Assembly: GCA_963724765.1 (NCBI GenBank)
Contig: CAVRVY010000004.1
Coordinates: 1,536,001 to 1,600,000, forward strand
Source of the DNA: an uncultured delta proteobacterium
Lineage (GTDB): Bacteria > Desulfobacterota > Binatia > Binatales > Binataceae
Length of the DNA stretch: 64,000 bases
Direction of reading: 5' to 3'
In this document: positions 9,809 through 20,025 of the stretch, in pieces
Position numbering within the stretch: the stretch's first letter is position 1
Layout of the letters: the number at the start of each line of letters is the position of its first letter
Position numbers and translations under genes: made by a program
The notes under the pieces: generated by a model
Seen by the model: only the letters and a program-made list of their open reading frames with translations
Database searches by the model: none
What the model was told of the DNA's origin: nothing

Positions 9809-10855
9809 ATGCCCGACAAAGAAACCGTCGTTCACGTTCTCTGGATCAACGCGGGTCTGAGTTGTGACGGTGATTCCGTCGCGCTGACCGCGGCCATGCA
9901 ACCCAGCATTGAGGATATCGTGCTCGGCACGTTGCCGGGCCTCCCCAAGGTCGATGTCCATTGGCCGCTGATCGCGCCCGAGACAGGCCCGGTCGGCAGC
10001 AATGATGATTTCATCGAATGGTTCTTTAAGGGCGCACGCGGAGAAATCAATCCGTTCGTGCTCGTGATCGAGGGATCGATCCCCAACGAGAAGATAAAAA
10101 AAGAGGGATACTGGTCGGGCTTCGGCAACAACCCAGCGACCGGGCAACCGATCACCACCAGCGAATGGATCGATCGCCTGGCTCCGAAGGCTTTGCTGGT
10201 GCTGGCGGTCGGCACTTGCGCCACGTACGGCGGAATCCATGCGATGTCGAATAATCCGACCGGTGCAATGGGAGTGCTCGACTATCTCGGGTGGGATTGG
10301 AAATCACACGCGGGAATTCCCATCGTATGTGTGCCCGGATGTCCGATTCAGCCTGATAACCTTTCGGAGACTATCGCATACCTGCTCTACCAGGCAGCGG
10401 GGCAGGCACCGATGATTCCTCTCGACAAGGAGCATCGTCCGAAATGGCTGTTCGAACAGACTGTCCATGAGGGATGCGATCGCGCCGGCTATTACGAGCA
10501 GGGCGATTTTGGCAAGGCGTACGGTTCGCAAAAATGTCTAGTGAAGATCGGGTGCTGGGGCCCAGTCGTTAACTGCAACGTGCCGAAACGGGGATGGATG
10601 GGTGGGATCGGCGGATGCCCCAATGTGGGAGGAATCTGTATCGGATGCACCATGCCGGGATTCCCCGATAAATTCATGCCGTTCATGGATGAGCCACCAG
10701 GCGGCAAGCTTTCCAGCGCTTTGATCAGCGGCTATGGCGCCCTGATTCGGTCGCTCCGCAGCCTTACTCAGCACACTCTCAACAAGGAGCCGAAGTGGCG
10801 CAGGCCGGGCCAGCAGTTGCGCACCGGATATAGGCCGCGCTGGTACGCGGAATAG
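9809..10855 (+). CDS. hhyS: group 1h [NiFe]-hydrogenase small subunit (no Tat signal)
   Basis: LWINAGLSCDGDSV, GTCATYGG, PGCP, HEGCDRAGYY, CLVKIGCWGP, GGCPNVGGICIGCTMPGFPD. Confidence 0.93.
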   Translation: MPDKETVVHVLWINAGLSCDGDSVALTAAMQPSIEDIVLGTLPGLPKVDVHWPLIAPETGPVGSNDDFIEWFFKGARGEINPFVLVIEGSIPNEKIKKEGYWSGFGNNPATGQPITTSEWIDRLAPKALLVLAVGTCATYGGIHAMSNNPTGAMGVLDYLGWDWKSHAGIPIVCVPGCPIQPDNLSETIAYLLYQAAGQAPMIPLDKEHRPKWLFEQTVHEGCDRAGYYEQGDFGKAYGSQKCLVKIGCWGPVVNCNVPKRGWMGGIGGCPNVGGICIGCTMPGFPDKFMPFMDEPPGGKLSSALISGYGALIRSLRSLTQHTLNKEPKWRRPGQQLRTGYRPRWYAE

Positions 10856-10949
10856 TGATCTTTAGGTCTTAACAACCAGTCACGACCCGCGACCAGTATG
10901 CCACATGGTCCGGGGGGCGCAGGCCCCAATTTCGTTGGAGGTTTCGAGG

Positions 10950-12719
10950 ATGAGTGCTGCCTCAACTCAAGGCAATCTGGTCGAGATGAACTGGGATCCG
11001 ATCACCCGCATCGTGGGCAGTCTCGGAATCTATACTAAGATCGATTTCTCCAACCGGAGAGTTGCCGAATGCTATAGCACCTCGTCGGTGTTTCGTGGCT
11101 ATAGCATCTTCATGCAGGGCAAGGATCCACGCGATGCCCACTTCATCACCAGCCGCATATGCGGAATCTGCGGCGACAATCACGCCACTTGTTCCTGTTA
11201 CTGCCAGAACATGGCGTATGGCGTGCAACCGCCGCATCTCGGCGAATGGATTGTCAACCTCGGGGAAGCCGCCGAGTATATGTTCGATCACTGCATCTTC
11301 CAGGAAAACCTGGTCGCGGTAGATTTTTGCGAGAAAATGGTCCGCGCGACGAATCCGGGGGTCTGGGAAAAAGCCGCCAAGACCGAGGCTCCGCATGCCG
11401 CGGACCACGGCTACCGAACCATCGGCGACATCATGAAAGCGGTCAATCCGCTCGAGGGAGACTTCTATCGCGAAGCGCTCCAGACGAGCCGTTACACGCG
11501 TGAAATGTTCTGCCTGATGGAAGGCCGCCACGTTCATCCCTCGACCCTGTATCCGGGAGGTGTCGGCACGGTGCCATCGGTGCAGCTGCTTACCGATTAC
11601 CTGTCGCGTTTGATGCGCTACGTCGAATTCGTGAAGCGTGCGGTTCCGATGCACGATGACCTCTTCGATTTCTTTTACGAGGCGATGCCCGGCTACGAGC
11701 AAGTTGGAAACCGGCGGATACTGCTCGGATGCTGGGGCGCATTTCAGGATCCCAACGTATGCAACTTTAACTATCGCGACATGACCGAATGGGGCCGGCA
11801 CATGTTCGTAACGCCGGGCGTGGTGGTCGACGGCAAACTGGTCACCAACGACCTGGTCAAGATCAACCTGGGAATCAGAATCCTGCTCGGCAGCTCTTAC
11901 TACGAGGACTGGGAAGGCAAGGAGATGTTCGTGCGCGAGGATCCGCTGGGCAACAGGGTCGACCCGCGCCATCCGTGGAATCAGCACACCATACCGAGGC
12001 CGCAGAAGCGCCAGCTAGGCGACAAATACACGTGGGTCATGTCGCCGCGATGGAACGACGGAAAGGACGATCTTCCCCTCGACACCGGCGGCGGCCCGCT
12101 CGCGCGCCTATGGGCGACGGCTTTGGCGAAGCTGGTCGATATTGGATACGTGAAATCCACCGGCAACAGCGTGGTATTCAATTTCCCCAAGTCCGCGACC
12201 AAAGGGCCGGTTACGCTGGAATGGAAAATTCCGAAGTGGAGCAACACCATCGAGCGCGATCGCGCGCGCACTTATTTCCAGGCCTACGCCGCTGCGGCTG
12301 CGCTGTACTTCGTCGAGCAGGGACTGAAGGAAGTCCGCCAAGGACGCACCAAGACCTGGAATGAGTTCAAGGTTCCACGGGACGGAATCGGATGCGGGTT
12401 CACCGAGGCGGTGCGTGGTGTGCTCTCTCATCACATGGTTATCCGGGACGGGAAGATCGCGAACTACCATCCGTATCCCCCGACTCCGTGGAACGCGAGT
12501 CCGCGCGATTCGCATGGCGTTCCCGGCCCTTACGAAGACGCAGTGCAGAACACGCCGATTTTCGAGGACAACGGACCCGGTCCGGCTTTCCGGGGAATCG
12601 ATATTATGCGCACCGTGCGTAGCTTCGATCCATGTCTGCCGTGCGGCGTCCATATGCATCTGGGTCACGGCCGGGTGCTTAAGCAAATCCATTCGCCGTC
12701 GATGATTCACACCGTGTGA
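10950..12719 (+). CDS. hhyL: group 1h [NiFe]-hydrogenase large subunit
   Basis: WDPITRIVGSLG, L1 SRICGICGDNH, L2 SFDPCLPCGVH followed by a cleavable C-terminal extension. Confidence 0.95.
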   Translation: MSAASTQGNLVEMNWDPITRIVGSLGIYTKIDFSNRRVAECYSTSSVFRGYSIFMQGKDPRDAHFITSRICGICGDNHATCSCYCQNMAYGVQPPHLGEWIVNLGEAAEYMFDHCIFQENLVAVDFCEKMVRATNPGVWEKAAKTEAPHAADHGYRTIGDIMKAVNPLEGDFYREALQTSRYTREMFCLMEGRHVHPSTLYPGGVGTVPSVQLLTDYLSRLMRYVEFVKRAVPMHDDLFDFFYEAMPGYEQVGNRRILLGCWGAFQDPNVCNFNYRDMTEWGRHMFVTPGVVVDGKLVTNDLVKINLGIRILLGSSYYEDWEGKEMFVREDPLGNRVDPRHPWNQHTIPRPQKRQLGDKYTWVMSPRWNDGKDDLPLDTGGGPLARLWATALAKLVDIGYVKSTGNSVVFNFPKSATKGPVTLEWKIPKWSNTIERDRARTYFQAYAAAAALYFVEQGLKEVRQGRTKTWNEFKVPRDGIGCGFTEAVRGVLSHHMVIRDGKIANYHPYPPTPWNASPRDSHGVPGPYEDAVQNTPIFEDNGPGPAFRGIDIMRTVRSFDPCLPCGVHMHLGHGRVLKQIHSPSMIHTV

Positions 12720-12732
12720 ACGAGCGCTAGCC

Positions 12733-13629
12733 ATGAACTCTGATGATAATTTCCGGCGCGCTGGAGAACGGATCGAGAAATTACTCGACGAGCTTCGCGC
12801 GATGGCCGAGCCATCGACCTGGCCGCGCGTCGAGGAGCTGATGCGTCTGGTGGTAGAGTTGTACGGAGCCGGCCTGACCCGGTTCGTCGACCTGCTCGAC
12901 ACGGATCTGACAATCGACAAATTGCGCGAGCGCGTGCTGGAGGACGAACTCCTCGCGAGCCTCATGCTGCTTCACGGACTTCATCCGGAGGACACTGCCG
13001 CTCGTGTTGCGCGCGCTCTCGATCGCGTGCGGCCTTATCTGGGATCGCACGGCGGTGACGTGGCGGTGGTGGGCGTGGATGAGACGGCCGGCGTGGTGAA
13101 GCTCCGCCTGGACGGAACTTGCGACGGGTGCCCGTCGTCAGCCTTGACGGTGAAGCTCACCGTTGAAAGTGCGATCAAGGAACTCGCTCCGGAAATCGCC
13201 AGAATTGAGGTCGAAGGTATTACCGAGCACAAGAATCCGTTGAATTCGATGATCGCGAAATCGCACGTCAACGGCACTAACGGCAATGGGAGTGCCGCCG
13301 CCAAACTCCCCGAATGGATCGCGCTCGAGCAGCAACCGCCTCGCCAATCCGGCGAATTGCTCGCGACCGAAGTTACCGGCGAGCGCATTATGCTCTGTCG
13401 CGTAGGCAAGCAGCTCTACGCATACCGCGGACGATGCCCCTCGTGTGGATCGGCACTGGAAAACGGAGGCCTGGAAGGCGACTTGCTTACCTGCCGGTCA
13501 TGCGCCGAGCGCTACAATGTCCGATTCGCCGGGCGCTCAATCGGCGACACACAATTACATCTGGAGCCGATTCCCTTGCTCGAGAGTGGCTCCGGCGTTC
13601 GAATCGCCATTGCGGGAGGCGCGGCATGA
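12733..13629 (+). CDS. NifU-like / Rieske-like Fe-S protein associated with hydrogenase
   Basis: VRPYLGSHGGDV...GTCDGCPSS NifU C-terminal motif; second Cys cluster CPSC...CRSC. Confidence 0.85.
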   Translation: MNSDDNFRRAGERIEKLLDELRAMAEPSTWPRVEELMRLVVELYGAGLTRFVDLLDTDLTIDKLRERVLEDELLASLMLLHGLHPEDTAARVARALDRVRPYLGSHGGDVAVVGVDETAGVVKLRLDGTCDGCPSSALTVKLTVESAIKELAPEIARIEVEGITEHKNPLNSMIAKSHVNGTNGNGSAAAKLPEWIALEQQPPRQSGELLATEVTGERIMLCRVGKQLYAYRGRCPSCGSALENGGLEGDLLTCRSCAERYNVRFAGRSIGDTQLHLEPIPLLESGSGVRIAIAGGAA

Positions 13630-14327
13630 GCGTCGCCCCTCGAATCTCCGCTGCCGCGCCCCATCTGCGCGCCCTGCGCGCTTTCGTCTCTCGCGAGCAG
13701 ACCAAGCTGGCAGGCGAAGTATGCGAGATGTGCCGCATTGCGCTCAGCGAGGAGCATTCCCATTTGGTGAACATGGAGAGCCGGAACCTGATCTGCAGCT
13801 GCCGCGCCTGTTACCTGCTCTTCACGGCGGAGGTCGCAGGACAACGCCGCTATCGGGCGATCCCGGATCGCTATCTGCACGATTCCGGTTTCGCGCTCAC
13901 CCAATCGGCTTGGGACGCCTTCCAGATTCCGGTGCGAATCGCGTTCTTCTTTCACAACTCACTGATCGGGCGAATCGTGGCGCTCTATCCCGGTCCAGCC
14001 GGCGCGACTGAATCGATGTTGGACCTGCGGGCATGGAACGATCTGCGCGCGGCCAACCCGATGCTCGAAACGATGCAGCCCGATGTCGAGGCGCTGCTGG
14101 TTTATGGCCATCGCAACGGCGAATTCGACTGTTTCATTGTTCCCATCGATGCTTGCTACGAACTAACCGGGACTATGCGACGTCGCTGGAAGGGCTTCGA
14201 TGGCGGCGAGCAAGCCTGGAATGACGTGGATGCCTTCTTCGATAAGATCCGGAAACGGAGCCAGCCCGCAGCATTCCGCAGACAACTCTTACGCAATGGC
14301 GATCTGCGCCCGGGGATCGGCAGATGA
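13626..14327 (+). CDS. conserved group 1h accessory protein (DUF5947-like)
   Basis: CEMC...HSHL...CSCRACYLLF, YPGPAGATES, VPIDACYEL; ATGA overlap with the upstream gene. Confidence 0.8.
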   Translation: MSVAPRISAAAPHLRALRAFVSREQTKLAGEVCEMCRIALSEEHSHLVNMESRNLICSCRACYLLFTAEVAGQRRYRAIPDRYLHDSGFALTQSAWDAFQIPVRIAFFFHNSLIGRIVALYPGPAGATESMLDLRAWNDLRAANPMLETMQPDVEALLVYGHRNGEFDCFIVPIDACYELTGTMRRRWKGFDGGEQAWNDVDAFFDKIRKRSQPAAFRRQLLRNGDLRPGIGR

Positions 14328-15001
14328 CTGGTCCTGTGCAACCGGGCAATTCGCCGCTATCGCAACAGTTCCGTTTCGAGGTCGAAGCGGCGCGTCCTGA
14401 ACGCTATGCGGCTGTCCCCACGTTGACCTTCGTGATTCGTGTCGACCAGGAGAGCGGCCCTCCGATCCATACGATAGCGCTGCGATGCCAGATTCGAATC
14501 GAGCCAAATCGCCGCGGATATTCCGACGCGGAAGAGCGCCGGCTCGAGGAATTGTTTGGTAACACCCCGCGCTGGGGCGATACCGTAAAGCCCTTTTTGT
14601 GGACCAACGTCTCTCATCTGACGCCTGCGTTTGATCGCTCTCAAATGGTCGAATTGCCGGTGCCATGCACCTACGATCTCGAAATCGCCGCCGCCAAGTA
14701 TTTTCATTCACTCGACGACGGCGAGATTCCGCTGTTGCTCCTGTTCAGCGGAACCGTTTTCGCCCGTAACGGCAGCGGCTTCCAGGTCAGTCAGGTGCCG
14801 TGGCATGCGGAGGCGTCGTATCGAATGCCCGTCAGCGTATGGCGCGAGATGATGGATCTCTACTATCCGAACGCCGGATGGTTGCGGCTTCGGCGCGACA
14901 CGCTCGACAAGCTGATGCGGCTCAAGACCACGCTCGCCCTTGCCAGTTGGGATCAGGTTTTCGACGTTCTTCTTGCCGATGGTGAGGGAGCGGCGCGATG
15001 A
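14324..15001 (+). CDS. conserved group 1h accessory protein (DUF6084-like)
   Basis: ALRCQIRIEP, PCTYDLE, LLFSGTVF, VPWHAE. Confidence 0.8.
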   Translation: MTGPVQPGNSPLSQQFRFEVEAARPERYAAVPTLTFVIRVDQESGPPIHTIALRCQIRIEPNRRGYSDAEERRLEELFGNTPRWGDTVKPFLWTNVSHLTPAFDRSQMVELPVPCTYDLEIAAAKYFHSLDDGEIPLLLLFSGTVFARNGSGFQVSQVPWHAEASYRMPVSVWREMMDLYYPNAGWLRLRRDTLDKLMRLKTTLALASWDQVFDVLLADGEGAAR

Positions 15002-16329
15002 GCTTCGAGAGCGCTAAGAAGATCGCCGACGCTGTGCTCTATGAAGGATACGTCCTGTATCCATATCGAGCCTCCGCCCGCAAGAATCGTTTGCGTTTCC
15101 AGTTCGGCCTGCTGGCGCCGCGTCAGTGGAGCGAGTCAGGCGGATGCGAGCAGTGGTGGATGAGCACCGAATGCATCGCCGAGGCCCATCCGGACGCGCG
15201 GGTCTCCGGAAACGTTCGTTTTCTCCAGATGCAACATCGAACGGTTGAAGAAGCCGACGGTGATTCATTCCGAGCAGTGGAATCGGTCGATATCGATGGA
15301 AAGCTGTTTGCCTCGTGGGATGAGGGAATCGAGCGAGAGGTGGGTTTCGAATTTCCGATCAGCACAGACGCCCCGGAACGTGAAATTCATTTCGAATTCC
15401 CTGTCGCGCTTGCCATCGAACCGATAGGAAATTTGCGCGGGGTCATTGTCGCACGAATCGTTAGAGAGATGGTCGCTCTGAACGGCGTGATTCGGCTTGC
15501 GACGGTTGCCGTCGGCGATCGACTCGTCAAGCTGACCATCAGAATCGAGAACGAGACTCCGTGGCCCGAAATCGAATCGGGACGCGACGAAGCGTTGCGC
15601 GGCTCATTTATCGGGGCGCATACGCTGCTGGCGGTAACGGATGGGAATTTCGTATCGCTCACCGATCCGCCTGAGTATGCGCGTGCGGCCTCCGCGCAAT
15701 GCTCCAACGTCCGCACCTGGCCGGTGCTGGTTGGCGAAAGCGGCACCCGTGACATGCTCCTGTCGTCACCGATCATTCTTCAGGACTATCCGGCGATTGC
15801 CCCGGAGAGCCCCGGCGACCTGTTCGATGGGACCGAGATCGATGAAATTCTCACGCTTCGCACCATGACGCTCACGGATGAAGAAAAGCGCGAAGCGCGC
15901 GCCACTGACGAAAGAGCTGCGGCGATTATCGAACGCGCCGATGCGATGCCGCCCGAGATGCTCGACAAGTTGCATGGAGCCCTGCGCTCAGTGGGCTCGC
16001 CGCCGCCTTCTACCGATGCGCCTTGGTGGGATCCGGGCGCCGACTCCTCGGTGTCGCCCGAAACCGACAGCGTCGAGGTTAATGGCGTGTCAGTGCGCAA
16101 GGGGTGTCGCGTGCGCTTATGTCCGGGAGCGCGCCGCGCCGATGCGCAAGACATGTTTCTGGAGGGCCGCGTCGGCATGGTGGAAGGCGTTTTCCTGGAT
16201 GTCGAGAATCGCAACTACGTCGCCGTAACGCTCGAGGACGATCCGGGCGCTGATCTCTATCAAGCGCAGGGGCGTTATCTGTATTTCTCGCCCGATGAGG
16301 TCGAACCGCTCACGGAGAGCACCACATGA
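14998..16329 (+). CDS. conserved group 1h accessory hypothetical protein
   Basis: ADAVLYEGYVLYPYR, LSSPIILQDYP, DGTEIDEILTLR, GRYLYFSPDEVEP; translationally coupled. Confidence 0.8.
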   Translation: MSFESAKKIADAVLYEGYVLYPYRASARKNRLRFQFGLLAPRQWSESGGCEQWWMSTECIAEAHPDARVSGNVRFLQMQHRTVEEADGDSFRAVESVDIDGKLFASWDEGIEREVGFEFPISTDAPEREIHFEFPVALAIEPIGNLRGVIVARIVREMVALNGVIRLATVAVGDRLVKLTIRIENETPWPEIESGRDEALRGSFIGAHTLLAVTDGNFVSLTDPPEYARAASAQCSNVRTWPVLVGESGTRDMLLSSPIILQDYPAIAPESPGDLFDGTEIDEILTLRTMTLTDEEKREARATDERAAAIIERADAMPPEMLDKLHGALRSVGSPPPSTDAPWWDPGADSSVSPETDSVEVNGVSVRKGCRVRLCPGARRADAQDMFLEGRVGMVEGVFLDVENRNYVAVTLEDDPGADLYQAQGRYLYFSPDEVEPLTESTT

Positions 16330-16814
16330 ATCGAGTGCTGATCGCCGGCGTGGGTAATATTTTTCTTGGCGACGACGGATTCGGTGTCGAGGTGGCGCGC
16401 CGTCTCGCCTGCGAAATGTGGTCCACAGATGTCAGCGTCACGGATTTCGGCATTCGCGGAGTTCATCTCGCTTACGAGCTTATCGCCGGCTATGACCTGG
16501 TGATCATTGTCGATACGGTTTCTCGCGGTGCCGCGCCCGGAACTATTTACGTCATCGAACCGGATCTTGAAGGCGTCAGATGCGGCGCCGTTTCCGACTC
16601 GCACGACATGGCTCTCGATAACGTATTCGCTATGGTTCGCACGCTGGGAAACAGCATGCCGCCGCGTGTTCTGATAGTCGGATGCGAGCCCGCCGACCTC
16701 GGCGAGAAAATAGGATTGTCCGAACCTGTGAGCCGCGCGATTCCTAACGCGATCCGCGCAGTGCGCGAAATTGTTGAAGGACGGATGGCTAGCGTTTCCG
16801 TTTCTTCAGGCTAA
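16326..16814 (+). CDS. hydrogenase maturation endopeptidase (HupD/HyaD family)
   Basis: GVGNIFLGDDGFGV, IVDT, DSH, VGCEP. Confidence 0.92.
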   Translation: MNRVLIAGVGNIFLGDDGFGVEVARRLACEMWSTDVSVTDFGIRGVHLAYELIAGYDLVIIVDTVSRGAAPGTIYVIEPDLEGVRCGAVSDSHDMALDNVFAMVRTLGNSMPPRVLIVGCEPADLGEKIGLSEPVSRAIPNAIRAVREIVEGRMASVSVSSG

Positions 16815-16837
16815 ATGGGAACTCACAAGGAGGCGTG

Positions 16838-16945
16838 ATGTCCTGTGTCATAGGCATACTAATCGCCGTGGCGGTCGTTGTTGGAGTGCTCGTCGTGATC
16901 TCTATTCCGGATATCGCGCGCTACGTGCGCATCAGCCGGATGTAG
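16838..16945 (+). CDS. 35-aa single-TM small protein (DUF6893-like)
   Basis: AAGGAGG RBS; MSCVIGILIAVAVVVGVLVVISIPDIARYVRISRM; below the ORF-track length cutoff. Confidence 0.7.
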   Translation: MSCVIGILIAVAVVVGVLVVISIPDIARYVRISRM

Positions 16946-17036
16946 GGCGTCGAGCGCTTCGGCATGCTTCTGTGAAAGTCCGAGCACGCTTGATGCTCAA
17001 GCGCGCGGGTTGGGTGGGGCAAGGAGACGATTCGCG

Positions 17037-17315
17037 ATGTGCCTTGGAATACCGGGGAAAATAATCGAAATCGTCGACGCCGACCGGGCGATCGCCAAGG
17101 CCGAAGTCGGCCGCGTAAGGCGCAACGTTTCGATTCAACTGCTCGAGGACCAATCCTCCCCGGTACAGGTCGGCGACTGGGTGCTGATTCACGTTGGGTT
17201 CGCGCTCTGCAAAATCGATGAACAGGAAGCCGAGGCCACGCTCAAGCTCCTAAACGGAATGGACAGCGCGTATTCGGACGAGCTTCGCGCCCTCGAGAAA
17301 AGCGAGATTGCCTAG
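17037..17315 (+). CDS. hypC: hydrogenase chaperone HypC
   Basis: MCLGIPGKI, VGDWVLIHVGFA. Confidence 0.95.
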   Translation: MCLGIPGKIIEIVDADRAIAKAEVGRVRRNVSIQLLEDQSSPVQVGDWVLIHVGFALCKIDEQEAEATLKLLNGMDSAYSDELRALEKSEIA

Positions 17316-17956
17316 TGGCGAGCATTCTCTATCAGAGAGCGAGCACTGACAGCCGCGACGCGGCGCGCGCACGCCTGATCCGTTCGCTCGCGTGCCGATC
17401 TGAGGCCGGTCGTTTGCTCACGCGCGATGCGGAACGGGTGGCCCGCGCGTGCCATGCGATGTCCGAACGATTTCATCGCGGTGGCAAGCTGATCGTATTC
17501 GGCGCCGGTTCATCGAGCACCGACGCACAACACGTCGCCGTGGAATTCCTTCATCCGGTGATCGTCGGCAAACGTACACTTCCCGCGATCGCACTCACTA
17601 ACGACGTCGCCACGATCACCGGTGTCGCGAGCGCGCGCGGCTTCGACGATGCGTTCGTGCATCAGCTCCACCATCTTGCTGCGCCCGAGGATATCGCCCT
17701 TGGCATCGATTCGGGCGGACTGTCGGCAAGCGTCCTGCGCGCCCTGCAGGCGGCGCAGGAGCGGAATCTTCTGACGATCGCGATGACCGCCAGCGAGCAT
17801 CCCGGCGGCGGGTCGGCGATCGATTTCGAATTCATCGCACATTCTGACAACCGGATGATCGCGAAGGAAATTCAGGTGACGACCTACCACATCTTGTGGG
17901 AGCTAGTTCATGTGTTCTTCGAGCATCCGGGTGTTTTCGGCCCCAGCTTCGCCTAA
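17315..17956 (+). CDS. SIS-domain protein, GmhA-like (copy 1)
   Basis: GGKLIVFGAGSSSTDAQHVAVEF, PAIALTND, KEIQVTTYHILWELVH. Confidence 0.85.
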   Translation: MASILYQRASTDSRDAARARLIRSLACRSEAGRLLTRDAERVARACHAMSERFHRGGKLIVFGAGSSSTDAQHVAVEFLHPVIVGKRTLPAIALTNDVATITGVASARGFDDAFVHQLHHLAAPEDIALGIDSGGLSASVLRALQAAQERNLLTIAMTASEHPGGGSAIDFEFIAHSDNRMIAKEIQVTTYHILWELVHVFFEHPGVFGPSFA

Positions 17957-17972
17957 TGAGGTTCTTAAACTG

Positions 17973-18194
17973 ATGCGTGCGGTTCCGAAAACGCCAGAAT
18001 GTCACGACCAGGTATGCATTACCTGCTCGGACGTCGCGATCGAAGCTCGTGTGATCGAGATGCTCGATGACGATCTCGCGCGGGTGGAGATTGGCGACGA
18101 AATCGAGGTCGTGAGTGTCGCGCTGGTCGACGCAGGTCCGGGCGATTCGATTCTGGTGCACGCGCGCGAAGCGATAGCAAAACTGATCAAATGA
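17973..18194 (+). CDS. atypical HypC/HupF-like protein
   Basis: CITCSD N-terminal motif; C-terminal GDSILVHAREA resembles the HypC core. Confidence 0.7.
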   Translation: MRAVPKTPECHDQVCITCSDVAIEARVIEMLDDDLARVEIGDEIEVVSVALVDAGPGDSILVHAREAIAKLIK

Positions 18195-18874
18195 GCGGCA
18201 ATGGCGAAAAAGACGGCGCGGGAGGGCTCGAGCAGCTGTATCCGTTCCTTTACGCGAAAGCGGATGACGTTGAAAAGGTTCTCGCCGAGGTGGGCACTTC
18301 GACCGCGCACAAGGCCCGCGAAATAGTATCTCTTCGCGAATCCACTATTGCGGCGCTCTCCGATCGGATGCTCGATTGCGGAGAAGCGATGGCCTATGCG
18401 TTCGCCGCCGGCGCCCGGCTGTTCTCCTTCGGCAATGGCGGCAGCGCGACCGACGCGCACGCGGTTACGCATTTGTTTCTTAATCCAGCGCGCGAGCTGC
18501 CGCTACCGGCGATTTCGCTCGCGGCGGATATCGCCGTAATCACGGCGCTCGGTAACGACATCGGATTCGAAATGGTATTCGCGCGCCAACTCTCTGCGTT
18601 GGGGCGCCGCGGCGATATCGCGCTCGGCCTTTCAACGAGTGGCAATTCCCGCAACCTCCTCAATGCCTTCGAGGCAGCGAATCGCCGCGGAATGATGACT
18701 ATCGGAAGCGCCGGTTACGATGGCGGAAAGATGGCCGAAGCTGGCACTGTGGATTTCCTGTTCATAGTGCCCTCGCCCTCCGTACATCGTATCCAGGAAG
18801 TCCAAACCACCATCTACCACATGCTCTGGGAAGTGACGCAGGCGTTTCTCGACCCGGCGAGTGAAGCACGATGA
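18191..18874 (+). CDS. SIS-domain protein, GmhA-like (copy 2)
   Basis: FGNGGSATDA, TALGNDIGF, STSGNSRN, HRIQEVQ. Confidence 0.88.
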   Translation: MSGNGEKDGAGGLEQLYPFLYAKADDVEKVLAEVGTSTAHKAREIVSLRESTIAALSDRMLDCGEAMAYAFAAGARLFSFGNGGSATDAHAVTHLFLNPARELPLPAISLAADIAVITALGNDIGFEMVFARQLSALGRRGDIALGLSTSGNSRNLLNAFEAANRRGMMTIGSAGYDGGKMAEAGTVDFLFIVPSPSVHRIQEVQTTIYHMLWEVTQAFLDPASEAR

Positions 18875-20025
18875 AATTTGTCGACGAATTCCGTTCCGAG
18901 CCGCTGGCGCACCGGCTGGCCGCCCAAATCGCGGAGGTCGCGGGAAGTCGGCCCTATCAAATCATGGAAGTGTGCGGCGGCCATACTCACACCATCTACA
19001 AGCACGGACTTGAAGATTACCTGCCGGCAAATATCACGCTGGTTCACGGCCCCGGATGCCCAGTCTGCGTGATCCCGATGGGCCGTCTGGACGATGCCAT
19101 CTTTATCGCGGAGCAGAAAGATGTGATTTTCACGTCGTTCGGCGACATGATGAGGGTGCCAGGCGGACGCGGATCGTTTCTCGACGCGAAGGCGCGCGGC
19201 GCGGACATCCGGATCGTCTATTCGCCGCTCGACGCGCTCGGTATCGCGCGACGCAATCCGGATAAGCGCGTGGTGTTCTTCGCGATCGGCTTCGAAACCA
19301 CTGCGCCGTCGACCGCGGTCACTCTACTGCGCGCGAAAGCTGAGGGAATCGAAAACTTTTCGATTTTCTGCAATCACGTGACTATCATTCCGGCGATCAA
19401 GGCGATCCTCGATTCGCCCGACCTGCGGCTCAGCGGCTTTATTGGGCCCGGTCACGTGTCGACGATAATCGGATGCCGTCCTTATGAATTCATCTCGCGC
19501 AACTATGGCAAACCGATCGTGGTCGGCGGATTCGAGCCGCTCGACATCTTGCAATCGATTTACATGATCCTCAAACAGATAACGGACGGGCGCGTTGAAG
19601 TTGAAAATCAGTACACGCGCGCCGTGAACTGGGACGGCAATTCCCGCGCGCTCAAAGCTTTGAGCGAGACCATGGAGCTGCGGCCGTTCTTCGAGTGGCG
19701 CGGCCTCGGTTTTATCTCGTATTCAGCGCTCACGTTGCGGGCGGCCTACGCCGAGTATGACGCCGAGCGAATTTTTGCGTTGCCGGGAGTGCGCGTCGCC
19801 GATCCGAAGGCATGCCAGTGTGGTGAGGTCCTCAAAGGCGTGTTGAAGCCGTGGCAGTGTAAGGTGTTCGGAACCGCATGCACCCCTGAAACGCCGATCG
19901 GCAGCTGCATGGTGTCGTCGGAAGGCGCGTGTGCCGCGTACTACAACTACGGCCGGTTTACCCGCGAGAGAATTCGCGACGCCGCGAATGGTACGAACCC
20001 GGTTGACGCACGATGCAAAAGCTAA
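18871..20025 (+). CDS. hypD: hydrogenase formation protein HypD
   Basis: MEVCGGHTH, GPGCPVC, GFETTAP, PGHVS, CMVSSEGACAAYY. Confidence 0.96.
   Translation: MKFVDEFRSEPLAHRLAAQIAEVAGSRPYQIMEVCGGHTHTIYKHGLEDYLPANITLVHGPGCPVCVIPMGRLDDAIFIAEQKDVIFTSFGDMMRVPGGRGSFLDAKARGADIRIVYSPLDALGIARRNPDKRVVFFAIGFETTAPSTAVTLLRAKAEGIENFSIFCNHVTIIPAIKAILDSPDLRLSGFIGPGHVSTIIGCRPYEFISRNYGKPIVVGGFEPLDILQSIYMILKQITDGRVEVENQYTRAVNWDGNSRALKALSETMELRPFFEWRGLGFISYSALTLRAAYAEYDAERIFALPGVRVADPKACQCGEVLKGVLKPWQCKVFGTACTPETPIGSCMVSSEGACAAYYNYGRFTRERIRDAANGTNPVDARCKS

Noticed and set aside
10962-12965. Long minus-strand ORFs opposite hhyL (and similar shadows across the window)
   Set aside because: Antisense shadows of GC-rich coding genes with no motifs.
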